Positions 9,753 to 20,092 of a stretch of DNA of 64,000 nt are shown in pieces; the first letter of the stretch is position 1, and each line of letters starts with the position of its first letter. The stretch lies in the NCBI GenBank assembly GCA_050633305.1, contig JBOEGF010000010.1, forward strand, positions 96,001 through 160,000, written 5' to 3'. The stretch comes from Nannocystales bacterium (GTDB taxonomy: Bacteria; Myxococcota_A; Polyangia; Nannocystales; Nannocystaceae). The notes below the pieces were generated by a model. The model had not been told where the DNA came from, made no database searches, and saw nothing but the letters and a program-made list of their open reading frames with translations. The position numbers and the translations under genes are program-made.

Positions 9753-11471
9753 ATGCTCGACACGATGGCGGTCGAACGGGCGTGGTGGATGGTGGCGCGA
9801 TGCCGCGCGGCTGGACTTGTGTTGATGGCTCTCGCGGCTTGTGATGGCGGCGGCGAAGCGGCCGACTCTGGGAGCGGCGGCAGTTCGACCGCCGGTCTCG
9901 ATGCGTCGACCGGCGCTCCCGTTGTGACCAGTAGCTCCGAGGGGACTGCAGCTCCCACCGCTGGGACATCGGCCTCCGAGGGGTCCACATCCGAACCCGG
10001 GGCGTCGTCTTCGGGCTCCTCGACCGGAGGAGTTGGTTCTGCATACCCAGACCCGGGGGACTGGCCGCCGCAGAGCGGGCCCGGTGGACCCTCGGTCGTT
10101 TTCGAACCCGGCGACTTGTTCCAGAACTGTGCGTTTTTGGACGGCGGACCGGCGGACGCAGACCACCACAACCTAGTCGTGATGTTTGATGGGTATCTGA
10201 TGATGCCCTGGGCTCCCGAGTGGGGGGCGGGCGGGATCACGTTCTTCGACGTCAGTGATCCGTGCAACCCGGCGACCGTTGGAAGCACCACTTCGGGCGA
10301 CATGCGGGAGACTCACGCGATCGGTTTCTCCGAGGTCGGGGGGCGCTGGTACGTCGCAACCGCGCACGTCGAGGAGGGACTGCTGAACACCGGAGGCGGT
10401 GTGATGTTCTGGGATGTGACCAATCCCGCGCAGCCGCTCGTGCTGAGCACCCTCGAGCTGCCCGGCCACCTCTACCCCGACGCGTACGCGAGGGTGGTCC
10501 AGAGCTCGTTCTGGCAGGGCGACTACCTCTACGTCGGAGGTTCGGACAACGGTTTGTACATCGTCGACGCGAGCGATCCGATCAACCCCAGCTTGGCCGC
10601 CCAAGAAGCGTTCGAGCCGACGCTGCGGGTGGGTCAGGTTCAAGTCGTGGGCAACCTCCTCGTCGCGACGGCTGCCGAGGGCCCACGAACCGTCCTTCTA
10701 GATGTCAGCATCCCGAGCGAGCCTCAGCCGATCGCGGGCGGAGACTTCGTGCTCGAAGACAGCGAGGGGGTCGCCCGCGAGGCGTACTTCGCCAACGTGG
10801 GGGATGGCAAGGTTTGGTACGCCGTCAAGAGCGGTGGCGGTGGCTTGCTTGCCTATGACGTCCGCAACCCCGCCAGCCCAACGTACGCAGGCCACTTCGA
10901 CTCGGGTGGCAACGGTGGCTACGTCTTCATCAAGGACGACGTTGCGGTCATGGGCGAGTCGAACTTCGCAGGCCTCTACGACATCTCCGATTTGGACAAC
11001 ATGGAGCTGCTCACGCAGCTCAACCTCGAAGGGGACCTCGACACCGCGACCCCGATCGGCAATGTGATCGTACTCAGCGTGGACGACGAGGCCAACCCCG
11101 GCGAGGCCAGTTCGATTGCGCCATACCTCGCACAGCCCGATGCCGATGCCCCGTACGTCAACTGGTCGGTCCCGGCCGACGGCGCAGAAGGGCTCGCACC
11201 CACAAGCCGCATCGGGGTGACCTTCAACGAGATGGTCGCACCCAAGTCGGCGTGGGAAGGCTCGGTGCGGCTGTACGAGACCGACAACCCCGAGGTCCAC
11301 GTGTCCGGCACGGTCAACGTGCAAGAGGCGGTCGTGAACTTCACCCCCGATGGGGTTCTCACCCCCGGGACGCAGTACACCTTCGAGATCCCCGCCGGCG
11401 GTATCGTCGACTACAACGGCAACGCCGTCGCCGAATCGTTCTCGATGTCCTTCACGGTTGCAGGGGGCTGA
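9753..11471 (+). CDS. LVIVD-repeat lipoprotein with C-terminal Ig-like domain
   Basis: LAAC lipobox; GLYIVDASDP.NP-type repeats; C-terminal P.DG...I.VTFNE...L.PGTQY Ig-like domain; start could be 9765 or 9789. Confidence 0.8.
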   Translation: MLDTMAVERAWWMVARCRAAGLVLMALAACDGGGEAADSGSGGSSTAGLDASTGAPVVTSSSEGTAAPTAGTSASEGSTSEPGASSSGSSTGGVGSAYPDPGDWPPQSGPGGPSVVFEPGDLFQNCAFLDGGPADADHHNLVVMFDGYLMMPWAPEWGAGGITFFDVSDPCNPATVGSTTSGDMRETHAIGFSEVGGRWYVATAHVEEGLLNTGGGVMFWDVTNPAQPLVLSTLELPGHLYPDAYARVVQSSFWQGDYLYVGGSDNGLYIVDASDPINPSLAAQEAFEPTLRVGQVQVVGNLLVATAAEGPRTVLLDVSIPSEPQPIAGGDFVLEDSEGVAREAYFANVGDGKVWYAVKSGGGGLLAYDVRNPASPTYAGHFDSGGNGGYVFIKDDVAVMGESNFAGLYDISDLDNMELLTQLNLEGDLDTATPIGNVIVLSVDDEANPGEASSIAPYLAQPDADAPYVNWSVPADGAEGLAPTSRIGVTFNEMVAPKSAWEGSVRLYETDNPEVHVSGTVNVQEAVVNFTPDGVLTPGTQYTFEIPAGGIVDYNGNAVAESFSMSFTVAGG

Positions 11472-11474
11472 TTC

Positions 11475-13787
11475 ATGCGGCGCTCGACCATTGCGGCGCT
11501 GCTTCTTCTTGGAGGGTGCGGAGACGACAGTGTCTCCGCGGGGACGGAAGAAGGCGGGTCCACAAGCGAAGCCTCAACCACCACCGGCACGTCGGGGTCC
11601 TCCAGCGGTTCGTCCGCAGGCCCACCGTCCTCGAGCGGGTCGACGACGACCGGAGCCGTGGACAGCAGCTCCACCGGGGAGCCACAACCATTGGTCTCCA
11701 TTCCAGGCGAGGATCGGTATGCGCTCGTCGGCGATACGGTCCTGCTCGACGGCGTGGCGTCGACCGGGGCCGTGCTCTATCAGTGGACGCTGGACGATGG
11801 GTCGAGGCCGGACGAACCGAGCGAGGATCCTACCTTGGAGATCAGCTGGGACGAGCCTGGTCGGTACCGCCCTGTTTTGACCGTGTTCGATGCGGAGGGA
11901 AACAGTCGCTCCGAGGACGTCACGATCACCGTCACCTTCGAGCCCTCCCACGCGCCTGAGCAGAGCAGCACGATCGATATCGATGACGGCGACCGAGGTG
12001 TGGTTGTCAGTCCCGACAGCGACGAGCTGATCACCGTCGAACGCAGCGGCGACAGCTTCGCGTTGGGCGTTCGCACAACGACGTGCGCCGGGCCGCGGAC
12101 CGTCGCGTGGTGGGGCGAGCAGGCGGTTGTCAGTTGTCCTCGAGTTGATCGTGTCGCGGTGCATGCGCTGGACTCCGGAACCTTCTCGAGCGTCGATCTC
12201 CCGTGGGGGAGCCGTCCGTTCGGCGTGGTCGTTGTGGGGGATACCGCCTTCGTATCCCTCCAAGGGTCGGGAGCGGTCGCCCGCATCTCCCTGGACGGGA
12301 CGCCGACGCTTCTCGAAGTCCTTCCCGCGATCGAAGATGCGCGAGGGATCGCTGTGCTCCCCGACGGTCGCCTCGGCGTGACACGGTGGCGGTCTCCGGA
12401 CACCGAAGCGCGAATGGTCGTGTTGGATCCTGTCAGCGGTGAGCGGGATGACGTGGCGCTGCAGTTCGATCCGCAGGTCGCGTCGGACACCGAAGCCGGT
12501 GGCGTTCCAAGCTACCTCGCGCAACTCCTGATCTCGCCCATCGGTGACTTTGCCGCTGTCCCGTCGCTCCAGGCGAACATCAACCACGGTGACTTCGTCA
12601 ACGGAGAGCCGTTCTCGTTTGAGACGACGTTGCGCGGCGTTGTCTCGTACTTCGACGTTGCGGGCGACCTCTCCGAGGACTTTACTCGGCGGCGCCACTT
12701 CGACAACCGCGGCTTGCTGAGCGCCGGTGTGTTCTCCAGCCGTGGCGACTTCCTGTTTCTCGCTTCACGGGGATCACGGGCCGTCGAACGCGTCGATACG
12801 TTCACGGGAGCTCAAGCTGGTGCGATTCTCGAGGTCGGCTTCGCTCCGGAGGGCTTGGCGCTCACTGGTGACGATCGCTACCTCTACGTCGAGGCCTTCA
12901 TGAGCCGCGAAGTCGTGGTCTACGACGTGACGAGTTTTGCGCAGATCCCCGAACCCATCGCCACGATTCCGATCACCGATGGCGAGCCGCTCGACGCCGA
13001 GGTTGCGCTGGGCAAGATCCTCTTCAACGACTCGTTCGACGTCCGACTGTCCAGGGACGGATACTTGGCCTGCGCCCACTGCCACCTCGATGGCGAGTCG
13101 GACCGCCGGACCTGGGACTTCACGGATCGCGGGGAGGGGCTGCGCAACACCATCTCCCTGCTCGGGCATGGGGGCGACGCCCATGGTCCCATGCACTGGT
13201 CCGCGAACTTCGACGAGGTTCACGACTTCGAAAACGACATCCGGGGACCGCAATCCGGGATGGGGCTGATGTCCGATGCCGACTTCGAGTCGGGCACGCG
13301 CAGCCACCCTCTCGGGGACCCGAAAGCGGGCGTATCCGCGTCTTTGGATGCGCTCGCCGCCTACGTCACAACGTTGGATACGTTCCCTCGAAGTCCGTAC
13401 CGCAACGCTGACGGTTCACTCTCCCCCGACGCTGAGGCCGGCAGGTTGATCTTCGAGTCTGCACCCGCGGGCTGCACGAGTTGCCACGCCGGCCCTCGGC
13501 TGACCGACAGCGTCTTCATCGGACCCGGAGTGCCGCTGCTGCATAACGTTGGCACGATCACCGAGGCCTCGGGGCAGCGCCTCGGTGGGCCGTTGACGGG
13601 TATCGACACGCCGACCCTGCACGGCCTTTGGAACAACGGGCCGTTCCTGCATGATGGCTCGGCCGGGACCGTGCTGGAGGTGATCGGCTCTGCTGGGGAT
13701 ACGCATGGCTCGACTGCGGGGCTCTCGGAGATCGAACGGGGGCAGCTTGCGGTGTATTTGTTGAGCCTCGACGGGTCGGCGGGCTGA
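11475..13787 (+). CDS. PKD + beta-propeller + di-haem cytochrome c peroxidase-like lipoprotein
   Basis: LGGC lipobox; PKD-like domain; YVTN-like repeats; CAHCH and CTSCH; TPTL.GL...GPFLHDGSA. Confidence 0.85.
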   Translation: MRRSTIAALLLLGGCGDDSVSAGTEEGGSTSEASTTTGTSGSSSGSSAGPPSSSGSTTTGAVDSSSTGEPQPLVSIPGEDRYALVGDTVLLDGVASTGAVLYQWTLDDGSRPDEPSEDPTLEISWDEPGRYRPVLTVFDAEGNSRSEDVTITVTFEPSHAPEQSSTIDIDDGDRGVVVSPDSDELITVERSGDSFALGVRTTTCAGPRTVAWWGEQAVVSCPRVDRVAVHALDSGTFSSVDLPWGSRPFGVVVVGDTAFVSLQGSGAVARISLDGTPTLLEVLPAIEDARGIAVLPDGRLGVTRWRSPDTEARMVVLDPVSGERDDVALQFDPQVASDTEAGGVPSYLAQLLISPIGDFAAVPSLQANINHGDFVNGEPFSFETTLRGVVSYFDVAGDLSEDFTRRRHFDNRGLLSAGVFSSRGDFLFLASRGSRAVERVDTFTGAQAGAILEVGFAPEGLALTGDDRYLYVEAFMSREVVVYDVTSFAQIPEPIATIPITDGEPLDAEVALGKILFNDSFDVRLSRDGYLACAHCHLDGESDRRTWDFTDRGEGLRNTISLLGHGGDAHGPMHWSANFDEVHDFENDIRGPQSGMGLMSDADFESGTRSHPLGDPKAGVSASLDALAAYVTTLDTFPRSPYRNADGSLSPDAEAGRLIFESAPAGCTSCHAGPRLTDSVFIGPGVPLLHNVGTITEASGQRLGGPLTGIDTPTLHGLWNNGPFLHDGSAGTVLEVIGSAGDTHGSTAGLSEIERGQLAVYLLSLDGSAG

Positions 13788-14060
13788 AGCGCACTGTTGC
13801 GCCACCCTGGGCACGGCTCCTGTCCGCGAGACGTTCGGTCGGTTCTCCGTCCGTCGAAGCGTCGGGGCCGTGGCCCTCAGATACCGAGGACGACGTGCGC
13901 AGGGACCAGATCGAGCGGAACGCGCTCACTGGGTTCGAACGCCCACCTCGTCGATCTGTGACCCGAGTTCGGCTCACTGGCACACAACTCTCGGACTGGG
14001 ACTTCGCACCTCTCTGGGACTCCCTTGCGGGTTTCCCCGCGGATCGGATACCGTAGAAAC

Positions 14061-15452
14061 ATGCGGATGGGATCGACGCTTCGGCGTCAAGTATGGATCG
14101 GCGCGCTTGCACTCGGCGGCTGCGGCGCCGCCGAAGCACCGGAAGACTCCAACGGAGACGGCAGCGGTCTGACGGGACTCTCGTCGACCGCGACCGACGG
14201 TGGCTCCGGCGGCGAATCCGAAACCGCCGGTCAGAGTGAAAGCGACAGTCAGTCCGCCGGTTCGCAGGGGACCGGTCCGGCGGGTACTTCCGGCAACACG
14301 TCCGGAAGCAGCGACACCGACGACGACGATGGGCCGAAGTTCGACCTACCCAACCCCGACGGTGGGAGTGCTTGCGGGGGGTCGAAGGGCGGCGGTGGTG
14401 GTGGTGGTGGTGGCGGGTCCGGCACGTTCTCGTACATCTGGATCGCGAACAGTGGTCAAGGTGCCGTGTCCAAGATCAACACGCAGACGATGGTGGAGGA
14501 GGGGCGCTACCTGACGCGCTCCGATGGCGCAGGCTCGCCCTCGCGGACGTCGGTCAACCTCAACGGCAACATGGCCGTCGCGAACCGGAACGGTGGCATC
14601 ACGGCCTACTGGGCCAACCCCGAGGACTGCGACCCAATGACCAACGGCGTGGCAGGTCTGCAGACATCAGCCAACGGCGGCGACATCTTGCCGTGGGGCC
14701 AGGATGACTGTCTGCGGTGGTCCACGCCGATCAACGCGACCTCCAACCGCCCTGCCGCGTGGGCGCCAGGTGTGTGGAGCGAGAGCGAGTGTCGCTACGT
14801 GGACAACAAATTCTGGACGGCGGCACGCGGCGGGGACGAGGCGGGTACACGCGTGATGCTGTTGGACGGTGAGACCGGGGTGGTCGAGGAGACGATCCAG
14901 ATCCCCGAGTTCACGAGCATCACGTATGGCGGCGCGGTCGATGGTGACGGCAACTTCTGGGGGCACCAAAGCGGCGGCAGTCAGCTGTTTTTCGTCGATC
15001 GAGAGACGATGCAGTACCAGATCTACGCGGGGCCCGGCGACAGCTACGGCATCGCGGTGGATGACAACGGGTTCCCGTGGACGTGCTACCTGGGCGTGCA
15101 CCGGCTCGATCCCGCCACGGGGATTTGGGACCACAACACGACCCTCAACAGCTCGTACGGCGGCTGCATGAGCGACGGCAACGGGACGATGTGGCTGTCA
15201 CACGACCCTCTGTTGGGCATCGACATCAACACGATGCAGCTCGCGCAGAGCATCGACATTCCGCAGGACATTCACGGGGTGAGCATCGACTTCGATGGCT
15301 TCGTGTGGGGCGTGCCAATCAACGGAAGCGTCGCCTACCGCATCGACCCGGTCACGCAGACGATCGACACGTTCGAGGGGCTCGTCACCGCGTACACGTA
15401 CAGCGACATGACGGGCTTCGCCCTGGCCAACGCGGGTTCGCCCAGCAAGTAA
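14061..15452 (+). CDS. Beta-propeller lipoprotein (Vgb/lyase-like repeats, myxobacterial type)
   Basis: LGGC lipobox; YIWIANS, PSRTSVNLNG, YG.AVD.DG..W repeats, YTYSDMTG. Confidence 0.8.
   Translation: MRMGSTLRRQVWIGALALGGCGAAEAPEDSNGDGSGLTGLSSTATDGGSGGESETAGQSESDSQSAGSQGTGPAGTSGNTSGSSDTDDDDGPKFDLPNPDGGSACGGSKGGGGGGGGGGSGTFSYIWIANSGQGAVSKINTQTMVEEGRYLTRSDGAGSPSRTSVNLNGNMAVANRNGGITAYWANPEDCDPMTNGVAGLQTSANGGDILPWGQDDCLRWSTPINATSNRPAAWAPGVWSESECRYVDNKFWTAARGGDEAGTRVMLLDGETGVVEETIQIPEFTSITYGGAVDGDGNFWGHQSGGSQLFFVDRETMQYQIYAGPGDSYGIAVDDNGFPWTCYLGVHRLDPATGIWDHNTTLNSSYGGCMSDGNGTMWLSHDPLLGIDINTMQLAQSIDIPQDIHGVSIDFDGFVWGVPINGSVAYRIDPVTQTIDTFEGLVTAYTYSDMTGFALANAGSPSK
14388..14417 (+). repeat. GGN trinucleotide tract including (GGT)6, encoding poly-Gly
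   Basis: ggcggcggtggtggtggtggtggtggcggg inside the CDS linker. Confidence 0.8.
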
Positions 15453-15480
15453 GCCAGAGTCGAGGCTCGGCTTTCGAGAG

Positions 15481-15538
15481 AGGCCGGACCGGAGCGTCGC
15501 GCGTCGCATGTCCGCGTGACCTACCGGTTCGGCTTTTT
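15481..15538 (+). terminator. Probable intrinsic terminator
   Basis: GCCGGACCGG (15483-92) pairs with CCGGTTCGGC (15524-33); inner stem GTCGCGCG/CGCGTGAC; followed by TTTTT; about 30 nt after a stop codon. Confidence 0.55.
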
Positions 15539-15729
15539 CGTGGAACCCGCACCTTCGCGTTTGGGCTCGTCGTCGTGAAGGCGAGTTCTACGGTCGGGAC
15601 TCTCGAATGTTCCGGGTCTTGCGAGTCGGGCCGCGCGCGCGGGTCGAGCGCGTGATTGCACCATCGTCTGGGGCTTTTCTGCCAAAAACTCGGAAGCAGG
15701 GCACATCGTGGTGTCCCATACTGCACACC

Positions 15730-16242
15730 ATGCGAGGACACCGGAGTACCCCACGCACGTTGGCCGCCGTACTGGCAGCCGCAGTCGGATTCATCGCGAC
15801 GCCAGCGCTTGCGACAGCTCCTGTCGCCATGGCAGCGCAGCAAGAGACCAAGCAGGTCGCCAGTATCAAGGTCGAGATTCGCCAGGAGAGCGGCGAGGTC
15901 GTCAAAGGTTCGACTCAACTCGAGTGGAACGAAGATGGCACGCTCTCCATCGACCAAGACGGTACGGACCACAAGCTGGCTCTCCGGGTCGAGCGTGAGG
16001 GCAAGAGCAAGAAGCTGAGCATCACGGTGGCGTACAGCCGCGGCGGCGAGGACATCGTCGCGCCCTACGCCTTCGACGCGAAGGTGAAGAAGCGGGAGGT
16101 CGTGCGCATCGAGGGCAATCTGGCGATTGCGGTCACGGTCACCCCGACGAAGGTCGCGGCCGAAAAAGAAGACAAGGGCAAGGACAAGCCCAAGCTGGAT
16201 CTGTCCGGCGACGAGGATGACCCGCTCGCGGGCCTCGATTGA
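15730..16242 (+). CDS. Exported hypothetical protein
   Basis: Ala-rich signal peptide, beta-rich Lys/Glu-rich body, acidic tail KPKLDLSGDEDDPLAGLD. Confidence 0.7.
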   Translation: MRGHRSTPRTLAAVLAAAVGFIATPALATAPVAMAAQQETKQVASIKVEIRQESGEVVKGSTQLEWNEDGTLSIDQDGTDHKLALRVEREGKSKKLSITVAYSRGGEDIVAPYAFDAKVKKREVVRIEGNLAIAVTVTPTKVAAEKEDKGKDKPKLDLSGDEDDPLAGLD

Positions 16243-16323
16243 AGCACGGTCGGAACCCCGCTCCGCCCGCGCAACGTTCGCGCGGCAGGTTGCGTTTGCG
16301 TAGCTGCGACTCATGTTGCGCTC

Positions 16324-16764
16324 ATGGGTCGCGCGAAGTCTGCTTTTGAGCGCGTCTGTCCGCAGTGTGGGCAGCGCAATGGGATCCCGGCCAACCACGT
16401 GGCCGATGTGGGGCGCTGTGGCGCCTGCAAAGCGGACCTCCCTGCCGCGTCCGCACCCATCGATGTCGCGCCGGCGGACTTCGACGCCCTGATCTCCGCA
16501 TCTCGGGTTCCGGTCCTCGTCGACTTCTGGGCGCCGTGGTGTGGGCCGTGTCGGATGGCAGCGCCGGCGGTCAAGCAGGCGGCATCAGCACTCGCGGGCA
16601 AGGCGATCGTGGTGAAGGTCAATACGCAGGACCATCCCGAACTGGCGCAGCGCTACCAAGTGCGCGGCATCCCGATGTTCGCCGCGTTCGAAGGCGGCAC
16701 GATGGCCCGCAAGCACATGGGGGCCGCGCCAGCGGGCGAACTGCAGCGGCTCGCGTTGGGGTAG
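16324..16764 (+). CDS. trxC: Thioredoxin 2 (zinc-finger thioredoxin)
   Basis: CPQC...CGAC zinc ribbon, LVDFWAPWCGPC, RGIP. Confidence 0.88.
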   Translation: MGRAKSAFERVCPQCGQRNGIPANHVADVGRCGACKADLPAASAPIDVAPADFDALISASRVPVLVDFWAPWCGPCRMAAPAVKQAASALAGKAIVVKVNTQDHPELAQRYQVRGIPMFAAFEGGTMARKHMGAAPAGELQRLALG

Positions 16765-16809
16765 CGGGCTTCTCGAGTACGCGCTCGAGCCATTCACCGT
16801 CGGCATGGG

Positions 16810-18420
16810 TTGGGGTCGGGTTCGCAACGGCCGTATGGCCTATCGACAGCGACGTTCGTGGCTGAGATCCTCGGTTCTCTGCCGCCGTCGATCGACCAAA
16901 GTGCCAGGGTTCCCGGTGATGAGCTGGTGGAGGTCTTGGCGTCCCTTTCTCTGGCGGCCGATTCGGCCAATGGGGTTCCAGAGGAGACGTCGCTGCGCAC
17001 CTGTCTGGTCGCGCACCACATCGCGGCCGCATTGGGGTTGTCCCCGGAGGTTCGCGGCGCGACGTGGTTTGCGGCGTTGTTGCGGTTTCTGGGCTGCACG
17101 GCGTTTGCCCACGAGGAGTACGTGGCGTTCGGCAACGACGACGTGTCCGTGCGGAGCCGATTCAGTGGGATCGACTATGAGCGGGTCCGAGACGTGCTGC
17201 CCGCTGCCTGGAACGCGTTGGGCGAGGGGAACTTCCGGGCAGCCCGGATGGGCCGCATGTTGGTTTCGGCCGGGCGGACACATCAAGCGTTGGCCACGTC
17301 CGCGTGTGCTGTGGGCGAACGTCTGGCGCATCGGCTGAAGCTGCCCGAGGAGAGTCGTCTCGCTTTGGCCCAGCTCCACGAGCGGTGGGATGGCCGCGGA
17401 GCACCGCAGGGGCTGCGGGAGACGGAGCTTGCGGAGGCCACCAGAATCCTTCACGCGGCGTGTGTCATCGAAGCGACACACCGAATGCAGGGGGCGGACG
17501 CGGCCCTGGAGGAGGTCTTCCGGCGGCGGCGTGGGCATCTCGACCCCGACGTCGTCGCTGCCGCGGAGAAGGCCTGGTCGTCCATCGCCGTGGCGCTGGG
17601 TCAGGCATCGGTCTGGGACCTCGCGCTGGGTTGTCGGCCCGCGGATACGCCCGCGCCGAGCTTGGCGGCGGTCTGTGAGGTGTTTGCGGACTTCGTCGAC
17701 CTCAAGCTTCCGCATGCGTTGGGGCACGGGCGCCGGGTGTCGTCACTCGCCTCTGGCGCGGCGAAGGTTCTCGGTCTTGGGGAAGACGTCGTGTCCCGTC
17801 TTGCGATTGCGGGTCTGGTGCACAATCTTGGCCACGTGGGCATCGGCAACCACGTCTGGGAAAGCCGAGTGCCGTGGACGTCCGCCCAGCGTCAGTTGGT
17901 GGAGCGGCATCCCCAGCACGGTGCACAAGCGTTGGGACGCGCCCAGTTGTTTGCAGACGTGCGGCCCTTGGTCGCCCTTCACCATGAGCGTTGCGACGGG
18001 TCGGGATACCCCAACGGCCTGACGCTCCGGGCGTTGCCGGTCGAGGTGCGGGTCCTCGCGGCTGCGGACGTGGCGGTCGCCCTGTCTCAACGTCGCCCTC
18101 ATCGGGGAGGGCTGGGCGAGTCGAAGGTCGCCGAGGTGCTGGAGGCGGAGGCGCTCGCGGGTCGACTCGACGGGCGAGCGGTGGCAGCGGTGCTGGAGGC
18201 GGCTGGTCTGGCCGCTCGCGGCCTCCCGGAGCTGCTCTCGGCACGGGAGGCTCAGGTCCTCGAGTTACTGACGCTCGGAGAGTCGAACAAAGCGATCGCG
18301 CAAGCGCTGGGCATCTCCGCAAAAACGGTCCAACACCACGTCCACAGCGTGTATCAGAAGGCTGGGGTCTCGAGCCGCGCGGCCGCGGCGTTGTGGGCGG
18401 TCGAGCGCGGATACTTCTGA
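16810..18420 (+). CDS. Tandem HD/HD-GYP-like domains + LuxR HTH regulator
   Basis: HERWDGRGAP, HHERCDGSGYP, LSAREAQVL...SNKAIA..LGIS.KTV..H; start uncertain. Confidence 0.88.
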   Translation: MGSGSQRPYGLSTATFVAEILGSLPPSIDQSARVPGDELVEVLASLSLAADSANGVPEETSLRTCLVAHHIAAALGLSPEVRGATWFAALLRFLGCTAFAHEEYVAFGNDDVSVRSRFSGIDYERVRDVLPAAWNALGEGNFRAARMGRMLVSAGRTHQALATSACAVGERLAHRLKLPEESRLALAQLHERWDGRGAPQGLRETELAEATRILHAACVIEATHRMQGADAALEEVFRRRRGHLDPDVVAAAEKAWSSIAVALGQASVWDLALGCRPADTPAPSLAAVCEVFADFVDLKLPHALGHGRRVSSLASGAAKVLGLGEDVVSRLAIAGLVHNLGHVGIGNHVWESRVPWTSAQRQLVERHPQHGAQALGRAQLFADVRPLVALHHERCDGSGYPNGLTLRALPVEVRVLAAADVAVALSQRRPHRGGLGESKVAEVLEAEALAGRLDGRAVAAVLEAAGLAARGLPELLSAREAQVLELLTLGESNKAIAQALGISAKTVQHHVHSVYQKAGVSSRAAAALWAVERGYF

Positions 18421-18482
18421 ACCCTCGATAGGCCATTTGCCCGATGCCCACGGCGCGGCTGGCCTCCTAGGGTGCGCGCACG

Positions 18483-19262
18483 ATGTTCGCCCCGAACTCC
18501 ATCTCGCGAAAGACGCGCTGGGCTGCGCTGGCCGCTGTCGCCGCACTTCCGTTTGTCCCGCCGGCGCTCGCGAGTGATCACAACGAGCCTGCGCCCGAAG
18601 CGGTCTGGCCTTCGGACGCCGCGATCGATGCCGAGTGGGACCTGAGCGATCTGTACGCTTGGTACGACGCGGACACCGACAACCTCAACGTGATCCTACC
18701 GTGGCATCCCAACCAGCTTCCGCTGGGACCCGGGGAGGGCGCTGAGTATTCGGACCAGGTGCTGTACGCCGTCGAGTTTGAGGACAGCGACTTCTTCAGC
18801 ACCAATGAGCGGGAGACGATCTCGTTCCAATACGGGCTCAACGACGCGGGCGAATGGGGGATCTTGCTGGAGGGTCTTCCCGGCCATGAGCGGTTGGTGT
18901 TCGATTGCAGGGTCGCCGAAGGCGCGGTCGAGTATCACTTTGATGCGGAGACGGGCTCGGCCCGGACCGAGGCCGGTGCGGGTGTGTTCTCGGTCGGACT
19001 GGGTGTGTACGACGACCCCTTCGTGTTCGACATCGACGGCTACAACGCTTCGCTGAGTCGAGCCCTCAACGATGAGGTCGGGCTGAAGTTCGATCCGCAG
19101 AACGACACGTTTGAGGGCCTCAACGTCACTGCGGTGGTGCTCTCCATTCCGGTGTCCGCGATCTCGGAGCACTGGGAGGGGTTCGATGTGGAGGATGGGT
19201 TCAAGCTCTGGGCCACCGCGACGGTCACCGACGACTACGGCTCACCCTACGGAGGTGAGTGA
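18483..19262 (+). CDS. DUF4331-like secreted protein
   Basis: Signal peptide, then ASDH.EP, DLSDLYAW, DDPFVFD, DTF.GLNV.A.VLSIP. Confidence 0.75.
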   Translation: MFAPNSISRKTRWAALAAVAALPFVPPALASDHNEPAPEAVWPSDAAIDAEWDLSDLYAWYDADTDNLNVILPWHPNQLPLGPGEGAEYSDQVLYAVEFEDSDFFSTNERETISFQYGLNDAGEWGILLEGLPGHERLVFDCRVAEGAVEYHFDAETGSARTEAGAGVFSVGLGVYDDPFVFDIDGYNASLSRALNDEVGLKFDPQNDTFEGLNVTAVVLSIPVSAISEHWEGFDVEDGFKLWATATVTDDYGSPYGGE

Positions 19263-20092
19263 TGCGACGGACACTTCAGACGATCTTGGTAGTGCTCGCG
19301 TGGACGAGTGGGTGCGGGGAGCCTTCTTCCGACGCCGAATCCCTCGCCGGGGAGGGGGGCGGAAAGCAGGACGGTACCGACGCTGAAGGGGCGTACGTCT
19401 TTGTGGCGAAGGAGCGGTTCACGCTTCGCAAGGACCACGCGGGAGCGCCGCTGCTCGCGACGATCTGGGGACGAATCGACGAGTACAACGAGGATGCTCC
19501 GTACATCGACCGTCACGCGTACAACGATGCGGACGATGCGAGTGGCCTGCCATGGCTCGGCCATGTGGTGGTCCAGTACAAGATGCTCTGGAACGCATGG
19601 GCGCCGTCGCTGGAGGCGATGGGCTTGGATACGTGCGATGAGTTCGGCCTGACCGACGACGAGATCTTCACGCCCGATGGCATCGACTGGGAGGCGTTCG
19701 AGCCGGAGCAGTGTTTTGCACAGCGGGTGTTGTGGCAGGATCCTGAGGAGCAGGAGCGCGAGTTCTACCGTCGCGTGATTGCGATCTCGGTCCCCGACTA
19801 TCTCACGGTCGACATCACGCGGGGCGCAGGGTTCCCCAACGGCAGGGTTCTGCACGAGCAGATCAACTCGATGATGTTCGCGATGGCCTTCCTCGACCAC
19901 GGAGGTCGCTGCACGACGGCGACGACCGGTGATGGGGCCGGCCAGCCCACGCAAGAGTGCGACCTGTACACGTTGTGGAACCGCGACGACTTCCTCAAGC
20001 CGTACAACGAAGCTCCACTGGCGGGGGCGACCGAACTCGGAGAGCCGGCGAAGGCGTTTCCGTTCATGCCCAAGGCGCATCGGGTCCCGTGA
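19262..20092 (+). CDS. Lipoprotein resembling the C-terminal half of DUF4331 proteins
   Basis: TSGC lipobox; PDYLTVD...GFPNGR, FPFM; GGAGG RBS, coupled to upstream gene. Confidence 0.6.
   Translation: MRRTLQTILVVLAWTSGCGEPSSDAESLAGEGGGKQDGTDAEGAYVFVAKERFTLRKDHAGAPLLATIWGRIDEYNEDAPYIDRHAYNDADDASGLPWLGHVVVQYKMLWNAWAPSLEAMGLDTCDEFGLTDDEIFTPDGIDWEAFEPEQCFAQRVLWQDPEEQEREFYRRVIAISVPDYLTVDITRGAGFPNGRVLHEQINSMMFAMAFLDHGGRCTTATTGDGAGQPTQECDLYTLWNRDDFLKPYNEAPLAGATELGEPAKAFPFMPKAHRVP

Noticed and set aside
7868..9844. 658-aa plus-strand ORF, and similar long antisense ORFs (6135-7817, 30537-31829, 32128-33546, 52541-53986)
   Set aside because: High-GC shadow frames opposite genes with clear motifs
13931..13944. 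GGGTTCGAACGCCC, resembling a tRNA T-arm, in an intergenic region
   Set aside because: No D-arm, anticodon stem or acceptor stem could be built around it
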